Of a DNA stretch of 64,000 nucleotides, positions 8,815 to 18,235 are shown piece by piece. Position 1 is the first letter of the stretch, and each line of letters begins with the position of its first letter. The position numbers and the translations under genes are program-made. The DNA is from Candidatus Omnitrophota bacterium (lineage in GTDB: Bacteria; Omnitrophota; Gorgyraeia; Zapsychrales; Zapsychraceae). Location of the stretch: the NCBI GenBank assembly GCA_015233115.1, contig JADFYJ010000001.1, positions 67,084 to 131,083 on the forward strand, given 5' to 3'. The notes beneath the pieces were generated by a model. The model was not told where the DNA came from, ran no database searches, and worked only from the letters and a program-made list of their open reading frames with translations.

Positions 8815-9604
8815 GGAGACGGATACGACATCAAGAAGAAAAAAGCTTATTGATAATCCGCTTCTTCAATCAACTGTAAGAATGTCTTCGCACCGGGACA
8901 GCGAACCTGAACTTGCGTCCAGGTCTTCCATCCGTTCCGCGGTAAGGCAGATTAAAGATTCGACTAAGTACATCATGTCTCCTGATGAAGAAAAGGCCAG
9001 TGTTTTTGAAATTATTTCAGATTTAGAAAAACAGCTGGATGCCGCGTTTAGCATTAAAGATGCTCAGGAAAATGAAATCCAGAGTTTGAATACCAAAGTT
9101 GATAATGCTCAGGAGAAAGCCGGGATGCTAGAGGCTAAACTCAAAGAGATGAAAGGTTTGCTGGTTTCTCAGGAAGAATTGAATTCTGAGTTGGAATTTC
9201 TCGAGAATGAACGTTTGGAAACAGTCGGCAAAACCAAGTCTTTGGAAGAAGATTTGGTAGGGCGCGAAGCTGTTATTAAAGATCTGGAAAATAAAATTGC
9301 TTCCCTTCAAAAGGAATGTGAAAGCCGGGATACCAGAATAGAACAAATCGAACTGGAACTTTCCAGCGCGAATAAAACGATTCAAAGTTTTCATCATCAG
9401 ATCTCGCTATTGGAAGATGAGAAAGAAGCAGTTACCAATAAACTTGAAAAAACTGACGGTGAACTGAGCAGTACTATTACCGAGCGTGATCAGCTTAAAC
9501 GTGAGTTAGAACGCGCTAAAGAAAGTCTGGACGAGATTCGTTTGATGTTAGCCGATACTCGCTCCCGCGCGCGCGAACATTATTACAAACCAAAAGGAAA
9601 ATAG
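8783..9604 (+). CDS. Coiled-coil protein, possibly Mad24-like / ParA partner
   Basis: Overlaps parA; long heptad region from VFEIISDLEKQL to AREHYY; Mad24 similarity is from recall only. Confidence 0.6.
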   Translation: MGDSRKIQASKETDTTSRRKKLIDNPLLQSTVRMSSHRDSEPELASRSSIRSAVRQIKDSTKYIMSPDEEKASVFEIISDLEKQLDAAFSIKDAQENEIQSLNTKVDNAQEKAGMLEAKLKEMKGLLVSQEELNSELEFLENERLETVGKTKSLEEDLVGREAVIKDLENKIASLQKECESRDTRIEQIELELSSANKTIQSFHHQISLLEDEKEAVTNKLEKTDGELSSTITERDQLKRELERAKESLDEIRLMLADTRSRAREHYYKPKGK

Positions 9605-9624
9605 TTATAGTAAGGAGTTTTAAT

Positions 9625-10617
9625 ATGGGACAGCCTAAAGGCTTAGATGTGGGTACGATGAACCTGGTAGGCGCGGAACAAGGCGCTGACGGCAAGATTA
9701 AGTTGAAATTGGTTCGTCACACTTTCTTGGATATTGACGCGAATTCTTTTACCTTGAACATGCTGAAAAAACAAAAAGTTCAGTATGCTGAAATGGGTAA
9801 AAAAGTTTATGTTTTAGGTGATTCAGCTTTTGAATTGGCTAATATCATGAATAAAACCGTCCGACGTCCAATGCAGGATGGTGTCATGAGTCCAGGCGAA
9901 GCTGATGCTCTGCCAATTTTTGGCCTTTTGATCGAAGCGGTTTTGGGCAAACCTACAGAAAAAAATCAGTTATGTTATTTCTCTGTCCCTGCAGACCCGG
10001 TCGACGCTAATTTTAATATTGTTTATCACACCAGCGTTATTATCGGCGCGCTTAAGAATTTAGGATATACTCCTAAGCCCATGAATGAAGGTCACGCGGT
10101 TGTATTCGCGGAATTAGGTGAAAAAGATTTTACCGGAATTGGTATTTCAGCCGGCGGCGGTATGTTTAATATTTGTGTTTGTTATAAAACAATTCCTGCG
10201 ATTAGTTTCGCGACCAGCCGTGCTGGTGACTGGATTGATAAAAACGTGGCGCAAGTACTCGGTATTAAAACAACTCGCGCGACCGCAATTAAAGAAAAAG
10301 GAATTAATATTTATAAGCCGGCAAACCGCGAAGAAGAAGCGGTTTGTATTTATTATCGGAATTTGATTAATTATACGTTAGTCAATATTAAGAATAAATT
10401 TGAAACAGCAGAATCAATGCCTCAATTTCCGGAACCGATTGAAATCGTGTGTGCCGGCGGTTCTTCTATGATCAACGGATTTGTGGATGTTTTTAAAGAG
10501 GAACTAAAGAAAATGACCTTCCCGATTCCGATCAGCGATGTCCGTCTAGCCAGTGAACCGTTGTACGCAACAGCAAGAGGTTGTTTGCTTGCAGGTCTAA
10601 GCGAAGTTGATGAGTAA
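9625..10617 (+). CDS. Actin-like ATPase, Mad28/volactin family
   Basis: Phosphate-1 KGLDVGTMN, RRPMQDG, FSVPADP, NEGHAV, GIGISAGGGMFN, adenosine AGGSS, EPLYATARG; pattern differs from MreB and MamK. Confidence 0.88.
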   Translation: MGQPKGLDVGTMNLVGAEQGADGKIKLKLVRHTFLDIDANSFTLNMLKKQKVQYAEMGKKVYVLGDSAFELANIMNKTVRRPMQDGVMSPGEADALPIFGLLIEAVLGKPTEKNQLCYFSVPADPVDANFNIVYHTSVIIGALKNLGYTPKPMNEGHAVVFAELGEKDFTGIGISAGGGMFNICVCYKTIPAISFATSRAGDWIDKNVAQVLGIKTTRATAIKEKGINIYKPANREEEAVCIYYRNLINYTLVNIKNKFETAESMPQFPEPIEIVCAGGSSMINGFVDVFKEELKKMTFPIPISDVRLASEPLYATARGCLLAGLSEVDE

Positions 10618-10633
10618 TTTGTGAAATTTTTAC

Positions 10634-10757
10634 GGGGACATGATACGTAATTTGTGGGTTTTTAGTTGTTGGATGTTGGTTGTTGGTTATTGATATAATC
10701 GCTTTTTCCAAAAACCAAAAACGATCAACCATCAACCAAATTATGTTTCGTGTCCCC
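10634..10757. repeat. Nested inverted-repeat element (GGGGAC..GTCCCC outer stem, TTGGTTG/CAACCA heptamer arms)
   Basis: GGGGACATGATACGTAATTTG vs CAAATTATGTTTCGTGTCCCC (3 mismatches); inner heptamer arrays; AATCGCTTTTTC core at 10697-10708. Confidence 0.8.
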
Positions 10758-10792
10758 TGATTAATATAACTTTCTTACGAAAGAGGGCGGGA

Positions 10793-12238
10793 GTGGGTGA
10801 AGATGAATTAGCAAAAGTCAGGGAGAGACTTTCGAAAATAAACGAAAAAATTAAGCAGTATTCCTCCGTAAAAAATCCGCAGTCTGCTAAAGAAAAACCT
10901 TTTGATTCTTCCCGATATAGACAAGGCAAAGAAATTTCTGTTGAAAAAATGCACGCTAAATTGCGGGCCATTAATCAATATGTCCGGGATCGTGCTTTAG
11001 GTAAAGATGTGGAATATCCGGTCAGGGAAGAAGTTGAAGTCGAAGAAGAAATTGAAGCCCCTGTCGCTCAACCTGCTCCCGTGCCTGAACGACGTGTAGT
11101 CCAACGGATTTCCAATGAAGTGGTTATGGAAAAGGCTGAGGCAATTGGTGAAGTGATGGATGAGTCAGCCGTCACCAAACCTGAAGAAGCCACTACCGCG
11201 GATTTGCCGGGAACTTCACGGGTTGTGGAAGCGGCGCGTCTTGGCGTCGGCCTTGATCTGGGAACCGCGTATATTGTGTCCAGCCGTGAAGTGGAAGATA
11301 AACGGGTATTTGTCAAAAATGAGCGGAATGCTTTTTTGTCGGTTCGGTGTGATACCGCGACGAAAGAACTTTTGAGCAAACTCAAAGTTAAATATGTCGC
11401 TTTGGGCGAGAAACTGTATGTTTTAGGAACTATGGCGTTGGAATTAGCGGACATGTTCGGACGTGAAACACAGCGGTCCATGAATATGGGAATTCTTAAT
11501 CCGTCAGAATCGGAATCGATTCCGATTATCAAACTTTTGGTGCAGAATATTTTGTGGGCGCCCCGTCAGCCAGGAGAAATTTGCTGTTTTTCCATTCCTG
11601 CCCAGCCTATCGACCGCGATCAAGATACGATTTATCATCGGGGAGTTTTTGAAGGAATTTTAAAGAGCATAGGTTTTGACGCGATGGTTATTGATGAAGG
11701 TTACGCGGTCGTTTTATCAGAAATGGAAAAACAAAATTTTACCGGTATAGGTGTTTCTTGCGGAGCGGGCATGGTTAATATTTGCGCAGCTTTTCAAACA
11801 GTGCCAGTATTGTCATTTTCGATTACGCGCGGTGGAGATTGGATAGATAAAAACGCGGCAACAGTTTTAGGGATTCCTACGACCAGAGTTTCATCAATCA
11901 AAGAGCACGGCATGGATTTAAAAAATCTTAAAAACCGCGAAGAAGAAGCGATCGCGATTTATTATCGTAATTATATCCATTATTTGTTAGAGAGCATGGC
12001 GAAAGTATTTGGAGACAGTGCAAACACATTAAATTTTAAGGATCCCGTGGATATTGTTTTTGCAGGCGGATCTTCGATGGTTCCGGGCTTTATTGATGTG
12101 GTCAGAGAAGAAATTAAATCTATTAAATTTGCTTTTGCCCTTGGTAATGTGACCAGAGCGGACGAGCCTTTCACGAGCGTGGTACGGGGTTGTTTGTTTA
12201 ACGCGATCAATGCGGGAAATAAAACGAATGAGTCCTGA
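10793..12238 (+). CDS. Second Mad28/volactin-family actin with ~150-aa charged N-terminal extension
   Basis: GLDLGTAYIV, FSIPAQP, DEGYAV, GIGVSCGAGMVN, RGGDWID, AGGSS; aligns along its length with 9625-10617. Confidence 0.88.
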   Translation: MGEDELAKVRERLSKINEKIKQYSSVKNPQSAKEKPFDSSRYRQGKEISVEKMHAKLRAINQYVRDRALGKDVEYPVREEVEVEEEIEAPVAQPAPVPERRVVQRISNEVVMEKAEAIGEVMDESAVTKPEEATTADLPGTSRVVEAARLGVGLDLGTAYIVSSREVEDKRVFVKNERNAFLSVRCDTATKELLSKLKVKYVALGEKLYVLGTMALELADMFGRETQRSMNMGILNPSESESIPIIKLLVQNILWAPRQPGEICCFSIPAQPIDRDQDTIYHRGVFEGILKSIGFDAMVIDEGYAVVLSEMEKQNFTGIGVSCGAGMVNICAAFQTVPVLSFSITRGGDWIDKNAATVLGIPTTRVSSIKEHGMDLKNLKNREEEAIAIYYRNYIHYLLESMAKVFGDSANTLNFKDPVDIVFAGGSSMVPGFIDVVREEIKSIKFAFALGNVTRADEPFTSVVRGCLFNAINAGNKTNES

Positions 12239-12821
12239 CATTTCAGGTTTGACCGAAGATCCGGAAATTTTGGTACAAAAATATTCCAAACGCTTAGATG
12301 ATATCCGTATGGCACGGCATCAATTGGACGGCGAATTTTTAACCACGAATACATCTCTCAATGATTTTATCTCTTCCACCGATGCGGTTATTCACCGTTT
12401 GATGACTAAAAAAGCAGAACCTAAAAAAATGACGATTGTCCCATCGGCTGACGTCATTTCCTCTCAGCCGCCGTTAGTCGCGCCAGCTGGCGGACAAGCG
12501 ATGACGCTAGAGGATTTTAAAACTCATATGGGGTCGATTTTGCAAGGTTCTTTGGAAGCGGCTACGGATAAGATTTCTAATCGCATCCAAGGGATGCTGA
12601 AAGAATTAAGAGGATTGTCCGGCCCCGCGCGCGACGCGAAATATCGCGAGATCCAGCAGGTCGCTGAATATGAAATGATTGATATTTCTCAACTTTATAA
12701 ACATGAAGAAGTACAAAGTAATTTAGGCGAAATCGGGGTTGCTGAAACTGAAACTAAAAGTATCGACGCGAATTTGGAGCGCCTGCGTAAAATGCGCGGC
12801 TCGAAACCTAAAAAAGAGTAA
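12228..12821 (+). CDS. Hypothetical helical protein, putative actin partner
   Basis: ATG 12228 overlaps the actin gene end; C-terminal VQSNLGEIGV...IDANLERLRKMRG. Confidence 0.7.
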   Translation: MSPDISGLTEDPEILVQKYSKRLDDIRMARHQLDGEFLTTNTSLNDFISSTDAVIHRLMTKKAEPKKMTIVPSADVISSQPPLVAPAGGQAMTLEDFKTHMGSILQGSLEAATDKISNRIQGMLKELRGLSGPARDAKYREIQQVAEYEMIDISQLYKHEEVQSNLGEIGVAETETKSIDANLERLRKMRGSKPKKE

Positions 12822-12835
12822 CAAAAGAGAACGAT

Positions 12836-14008
12836 ATGATTATAATTTTTGGTGTTTTGATATTTTTGGCTTCATTGGCATTAATTGATTTTGTTTTTCT
12901 ATTTCAAGACATCCTTAAACTAGAAAAAGCAGCTAAGGGTCAGGGCGATGGTGAACATAGCGATGTGACCCGTTTAAAGCAGGATTTAGAGTTCAAGGTT
13001 AATGAGTTATCAGCGAAAGAACAAGAGATCCGGCGTATTACGTCTGATTTAACCAGACTGCAAAATCAGCAAAAAAGCGTTATGCTGGAAGCAGAATCAG
13101 CCTCTGCAAAAGATAATGAAATCAAACGCCTGACCATTGAGTTAGCGCATATGACGGATCAAGCCAAAGAAATTGCTAAAGTAAAAACCGATTTATCCGC
13201 TGCTCTTTCAGAAACGCAGGATTATAAAAATAAGGTTGAACAGATTCGGCTCGAGTACGACAAAATTAAAGCTGAACTTACCAAAAAAATTGCTGAAGGC
13301 TCGACCGCGAATACGGCTAGCCAGGAATATGAAAAAAACATTCAACAATTAAACGCGGAAGCTAAGAAATTTAAAAGTGAGCTGGACAGCAAGATCAATG
13401 AGCTTATTCTTGCTCAGACAGATGCACAAGAAAATAAGAAAAAATTGGTTCAGGTTCAAGCTGACTATGACAAACTGAAAGTTGACTTAAATCTTAAGAT
13501 CACTGAAGGCACTGCTGCACAAGCCACATCGGAAGCGTCCCAAGAAAATCTTCGCCAGCTTCATAATGAACTCAAAAAATTAAAAAATGATTTAGAACTT
13601 AAAACCACTGAGTTGGCAGATAAAGATATAGAAGTTAAAACAGTTGCCGCGGAATTGGCTAAAATACAATATCAGCAAAAAAACGCGGTTAAAAGTAGTC
13701 AGGATTTGACTGAAGGTTTAAGTAAGCTTAAGAAAACTGCCGACGAATTAGATTTAATTGAAAAGTCTTTGGATGAAGAAAAAAAAGCTTTGTATGAAAT
13801 GAAAACCCGGTTTCAGGAAGGCAAAATGAAACTAGGACTTTTGAGTGAAAAAAGTAAAGAATCGGTGGAACTCATCGCCCAGTTTGCTGAAGGCAAAGAA
13901 TTTGAAGAATTCCGCAAATCCATCCACATGGACGAGATCATTAATAAATATGAAGGTGAAATTAAAAGTTTAAAGTTGAAGGTTTTAGATCTCGAAAAAA
14001 AAGTTTAA
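12836..14008 (+). CDS. Membrane-anchored long coiled-coil protein with 35-aa repeats
   Basis: N-terminal TM helix; four 35-residue units with fixed Q11, K18, K20, L23, K26, E29. Confidence 0.8.
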   Translation: MIIIFGVLIFLASLALIDFVFLFQDILKLEKAAKGQGDGEHSDVTRLKQDLEFKVNELSAKEQEIRRITSDLTRLQNQQKSVMLEAESASAKDNEIKRLTIELAHMTDQAKEIAKVKTDLSAALSETQDYKNKVEQIRLEYDKIKAELTKKIAEGSTANTASQEYEKNIQQLNAEAKKFKSELDSKINELILAQTDAQENKKKLVQVQADYDKLKVDLNLKITEGTAAQATSEASQENLRQLHNELKKLKNDLELKTTELADKDIEVKTVAAELAKIQYQQKNAVKSSQDLTEGLSKLKKTADELDLIEKSLDEEKKALYEMKTRFQEGKMKLGLLSEKSKESVELIAQFAEGKEFEEFRKSIHMDEIINKYEGEIKSLKLKVLDLEKKV

Positions 14009-14010
14009 AT

Positions 14011-14042
14011 TTAATAATCAGCAACCAACAACCAACAACCAG
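14011..14042. repeat. Heptamer array (CAACCAA)x3, right-arm type
   Basis: TTAATAATCAGCAACCAACAACCAACAACCA; 26/31 match by eye to the reverse complement of 10663-10693. Confidence 0.75.
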
Positions 14043-14071
14043 TGATTACAATATGATCGTTGATTAAAATT

Positions 14072-15514
14072 ATGAAACTGCGTACACAACTGATAGTTTT
14101 AGTGTCATTGTTAATATTTATGATTTTGTGTTCTGTGTTTTTGATCAAATCCCAGTCCTGGCTGTTGGTAATCGCTGGCGTAGTCATGGGAATGGTCATT
14201 TCTCTTATTATCAGCAAATTTAAAAATGATGACCCTGAAGTTCTGGCGCAAATTGCCAAAGGCAGAACCGAGTTTGGAAAGTTATCCCAAACGCTTAAAG
14301 CTTCCTTGACTGAAAATGAAGATCTCATGAAGGAAGTAGCGGCGCGCAAAGAACGCGAAGAATTGATTCGCAAAAGTGAGATTAAGTTCCGTCATCTTTT
14401 GGACAGTCTGCCGGTCAGAGTATTTTATAAAGATAAAAATTCGGTTTTTTCCGCGTGTAACAAAGCGTTCGCGCAAGATCTAAACGCGTCAATCACTGAC
14501 ATCATTGGTAAAACAGATTATGATTTTTGTCTGAAAGAACTAGCAGACAAATACCGGGCTGATGATAAGCGGATTCTTGAATCTGGAAAAGTTCAAGAAC
14601 TTGAAGAAAGATACATAGCTGACGGAAAAGACATGATCGTGCAAACTATTAAAACTCCGGTTCGCAATGAAGAGGGCGAAATTACCGGAATATTAGTTAT
14701 TTTATGGGATATCACCGAGCGTAAACAGGCAGAAGATGCATTGCAAACCATGCATAAGGCGCTTGAGGATGCTCATAAACAACTTAAGGAGTCAATGGCC
14801 CAATTGGTGCAAGCTGAAAAGCTGACGGCATTGGGTGAACTTACTTCGGGCATCGCCCATGAATTAAATCAACCGCTGAATGTCACTAAGATTATTTGTC
14901 AGGGCATATTGCGGGATATACAAAAAGGAAGATATTCCGAGACAGAAGCCAAAACTGATTTGCCGCAAATTGTTCTGCAAATGGATAAACTCGCCGCGAT
15001 TATTACGCATATGCGTATTTTTACCCGTCAAACCGATGGCATGTTACAGGAAAAACAGGATATTAATGGTATTTTGAATAATGTGCTGAAATTTTTACGC
15101 CAGCAATATAAAGATCATAATGTTCATGTCATTGAAAATTTCGCGGTGGGTTTACCTCTGGTAAAAGTCGATTCTATTCGCATTGAACAAGTATGCTTGA
15201 ACCTTCTTACGAATGCTCGTTACTCAGTTGAAAATTCCGGAAAGGTTGCCCGGAAAATCGAAATTAAAACATATTATGATGACAGGCAGAATATGGTTAT
15301 TTTCGAAGTCGCTGATAATGGAACCGGGCTCAACGCGGAACAAAGAAATAAGTTATTTCAACCCTTTTTTACGACTAAAGCTCCGGGCAGCGGCACAGGT
15401 TTAGGATTATCAGTAAGCAAAAAAATTATTGAAGAACATAACGGCCGGATCGAAGAATGTGGGCAAGAGGGCGAAGGCGCGGTGTTTAGAGTATTTTTGC
15501 CGGCGGTGCAATAA
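14072..15514 (+). CDS. Membrane PAS sensor histidine kinase (NtrB-like)
   Basis: Two TM helices, PAS/PAC, H-box AHELNQPL, N-box NLLTNAR, DNGTG, PFFTTK, GTGLGL. Confidence 0.92.
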   Translation: MKLRTQLIVLVSLLIFMILCSVFLIKSQSWLLVIAGVVMGMVISLIISKFKNDDPEVLAQIAKGRTEFGKLSQTLKASLTENEDLMKEVAARKEREELIRKSEIKFRHLLDSLPVRVFYKDKNSVFSACNKAFAQDLNASITDIIGKTDYDFCLKELADKYRADDKRILESGKVQELEERYIADGKDMIVQTIKTPVRNEEGEITGILVILWDITERKQAEDALQTMHKALEDAHKQLKESMAQLVQAEKLTALGELTSGIAHELNQPLNVTKIICQGILRDIQKGRYSETEAKTDLPQIVLQMDKLAAIITHMRIFTRQTDGMLQEKQDINGILNNVLKFLRQQYKDHNVHVIENFAVGLPLVKVDSIRIEQVCLNLLTNARYSVENSGKVARKIEIKTYYDDRQNMVIFEVADNGTGLNAEQRNKLFQPFFTTKAPGSGTGLGLSVSKKIIEEHNGRIEECGQEGEGAVFRVFLPAVQ

Positions 15515-15517
15515 AAA

Positions 15518-15640
15518 TGTAACAGTGTGACAATGTGACAATGAAAAAGCGATTAATGGGAAGAAAATGTACGGTTTTAAAAAATAATTTTTATTTTTTG
15601 TTTTTTGCATTGTTACACTGTTACATTGTCACACTGTCAC
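15518..15640. repeat. Inverted octamer-array element (TGTRACAR x3 ... YTGTYACA x4)
   Basis: Left TGTAACAG TGTGACAA TGTGACAA; right TTGTTACA CTGTTACA TTGTCACA CTGTCAC; GAAAAAGCGATT at 15543-15554. Confidence 0.85.
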
Positions 15641-15672
15641 GTTATTGATATAACAACTATTGAGGCTAAATT

Positions 15673-16494
15673 ATGTATCATGAGAAAATAATTATAATTG
15701 ATAATGATGCTGATAGTGTGAAAACGTTAGCCTCCATCATTAACGAGCAGGGCTTTTCCGTAATCGAAGCGGCTGATGCCAATTCAGCATTTGAAAAAAT
15801 TAATGCGGAAAAACCGAGTATAATGTTTATCGATATCAAGAACAATGATTTTGAGCTTATCCGGCGCGTGAAAGAAGTTGTGCCGTTCTTGCAATTTGTA
15901 GTCATAGGAAACGGAGATGTCAATACTGCTGTTAATACGTGGCGGGAAGGCGGACTGGATTATTTAAAGAAGCCGGTCGACACAGGTGTCTTGACCGTAA
16001 TTTTAAGCGCGGCCGAAGCGAAAATCCGCGAATATAAAAGCACGCAGTTCTCGCCGGTTTTGCTGATTTTAGAAGATGATAATGAGACGCGTGACTTTTT
16101 AGGGCGGATGATGGGTAAAGAAAATTGGGATGTTTGTAAAGCCTCGAACGGGGATGAAGCGATAGCACAGTTTAAAACCCATAAAATTGATGTGGTTATT
16201 TCGGATGTTAAAATGCCGGGGAACGACGGATTAAATGTGCTTCATGAATTAAGAGTATTAAGCCCGGATTTTGAGGCGGTCATGGTAACCGGGTATGGCG
16301 ATGATGAAAGTGTGTTAAAAGCGTGGGAAGAAGGCGCGATGAATTTTGTAAAAAAACCTATAGATATAAACCAACTGCAGATGTTTCTTTCCAAAGCATT
16401 GGAAGTTTTAAATTTAAAGCGGGCTTTTAAATACCGAGGCCAGGAATTAAATTTTTCAAAAAAAATTATTGAACAAATGGTTGCAAAACAATAG
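15673..16494 (+). CDS. Tandem receiver (REC-REC) response regulator
   Basis: Two REC domains (IIDND..FIDIK..KKP; ILEDD..ISDVKMP..KKP); no output domain. Confidence 0.88.
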   Translation: MYHEKIIIIDNDADSVKTLASIINEQGFSVIEAADANSAFEKINAEKPSIMFIDIKNNDFELIRRVKEVVPFLQFVVIGNGDVNTAVNTWREGGLDYLKKPVDTGVLTVILSAAEAKIREYKSTQFSPVLLILEDDNETRDFLGRMMGKENWDVCKASNGDEAIAQFKTHKIDVVISDVKMPGNDGLNVLHELRVLSPDFEAVMVTGYGDDESVLKAWEEGAMNFVKKPIDINQLQMFLSKALEVLNLKRAFKYRGQELNFSKKIIEQMVAKQ

Positions 16495-16500
16495 AAGTTC

Positions 16501-16525
16501 GTAGGGGAGGGGCAGTGACCCTCCC
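16501..16525 (+). repeat. GTAG-type REP-like palindrome
   Basis: GTAG-GGGAGGG-GCAGTGA-CCCTCCC. Confidence 0.5.
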
Positions 16526-16558
16526 GAAATAAAATATATTTTTTAAAAAGGATTTTTT

Positions 16559-18235
16559 ATGGAAGATACTCAATCAAATCTACCATCATTAATTAAAGAA
16601 GATCAAGCCAAAAGAAACGTGCTGATTGTTGAAGACAGCTCAGTTATCAGGAAATTACTGGAACGCGAATTGACTAAAACATATTTCATTCCGTTAAGCG
16701 CTGGAGATGGCGAAAGCGCGATTAAAATTGCTGAGACTGAAAAAATCGATATTATGCTCATTGATGTCAATCTTCCGGATATTGACGGTATTGATTTGTT
16801 ACAAAAATTAAAAATTCAACAGCCGGATAGCGTGGCTATTATCATGACGAGTTTGGGTAGTGAAGAGATAGCGGTTCAAGCGTTAAAAAAAGGGGCGATC
16901 GATTATTTGAGTAAACCTTTTAGCACGGCTGATCTTTCTGCTGCTTTAGGGCGCGCTTTGGAGAAACTTGAAGCCAAACAAGGTGATGAATATAAAAATA
17001 CGATTCTGATAACTGACGATGAATTGCCGGTGGTTGAACAGTTAAAGAAATTTTTGGACAAGGAAGGGTTTTTAACTTTTGGAGCTTTATCCGCGGAAGA
17101 GGGCTTGGAAATAATCACTAAACAACGGATTGATATTCTTATTACGGATATTCGGATGGGCGGCATGAACGGGATGGATTATTTCGTGAAAGCTAAAAGC
17201 CTTTATCCTGATATTGAGGGTATTGTTGTGACGGGTAATAAAAATTTGGAATTTTCTGTGCAAATGTTAAGAGCGGGGGCTTTTGACTATATTAACAAAC
17301 CCGTCGATTTAGGCGATCTTTTGTTTTCCGTGAATAAGGCGATTGAACGCATTCATCTGAACCGGAGCAGAGTATTTCGCGAGCGAGAAACAAAGATTAC
17401 GTCAGAAATTATCTCGAAAAATAATGAAGAATTGGAGCGCCGGGTCGAGCAGCGGAGTAAGGAACTGATGCTCATTCAAACGCAACTGGTGCAGACTTCT
17501 AAATTAGCGACATTAGGTGAAATGGCGACTGGGTTGGCGCATGAAATGAATCAGCCTCTGGGAGGTATCGCGCTCGTGGCCACGTCGTTTCGAAAATATA
17601 TGGAAAAAGGTTTATTAAATAATGAACGGCTCACGGCCGGGGTTAAAGATATAGAATCTTGCATTGAACGGATGTCTTATATCATTAATCATATCCGCAC
17701 CTTTGCCCGTCAGGAAGCCCTGGAATTCGCTCAGATTGATGTGACGACGACGATTGACGCCACCTTAGGTTTATTAGGAGAACAGTTGAGGATGCGGGAA
17801 ATTGAAGTCATTAAATATTTTGAGCCGGATTTGCCTAAAGTACTTGGTGAACCTCATCAATTGGAACAAGTTTGGATTAATTGTATTACCAATGCCCGCG
17901 ATGCCATGGATGAGAAGCAAAAGCAGATTACGGAAGGAAAATTAAAGATCGAAGGATATCAAAAAAAACTGGTTATTTCTGTAACTCATGATAAAGCCGC
18001 GAATAGGGTTTTGCTGGCTTTTGCGGATAATGGGATGGGTATTGATGAAGAAACGAAGAAAAAAGTTTTTGAGCCGTTTTTTACGACAAAGGAAGTTGGT
18101 AAAGGCACCGGATTAGGGTTGTCGATTAGTTTTGGAATTATTGAATCTCATAAAGGACACATCGAGATGGATGGTAAAAAAGATGAAGGCGTGACCATGA
18201 AAGTATATTTGTTGACGGGGGGGGGGGGTAGATAA
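16559..18235 (+). CDS. REC-REC-histidine kinase
   Basis: Two N-terminal REC domains, AHEMNQPL H-box, HATPase boxes. Confidence 0.92.
   Translation: MEDTQSNLPSLIKEDQAKRNVLIVEDSSVIRKLLERELTKTYFIPLSAGDGESAIKIAETEKIDIMLIDVNLPDIDGIDLLQKLKIQQPDSVAIIMTSLGSEEIAVQALKKGAIDYLSKPFSTADLSAALGRALEKLEAKQGDEYKNTILITDDELPVVEQLKKFLDKEGFLTFGALSAEEGLEIITKQRIDILITDIRMGGMNGMDYFVKAKSLYPDIEGIVVTGNKNLEFSVQMLRAGAFDYINKPVDLGDLLFSVNKAIERIHLNRSRVFRERETKITSEIISKNNEELERRVEQRSKELMLIQTQLVQTSKLATLGEMATGLAHEMNQPLGGIALVATSFRKYMEKGLLNNERLTAGVKDIESCIERMSYIINHIRTFARQEALEFAQIDVTTTIDATLGLLGEQLRMREIEVIKYFEPDLPKVLGEPHQLEQVWINCITNARDAMDEKQKQITEGKLKIEGYQKKLVISVTHDKAANRVLLAFADNGMGIDEETKKKVFEPFFTTKEVGKGTGLGLSISFGIIESHKGHIEMDGKKDEGVTMKVYLLTGGGGR

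Noticed and set aside
9625-12238. Calling the actins MreB, MamK or FtsA
   Set aside because: The motif pattern (FSxPAxP, GIGxSxGxGMxN, RxGDWID) fits the Mad28/volactin type, and there are no mreCD or ftsZ neighbours.
143-14008. Gas vesicle or microcompartment cluster
   Set aside because: No GvpA/GvpN or BMC shell protein is recognisable in the window.
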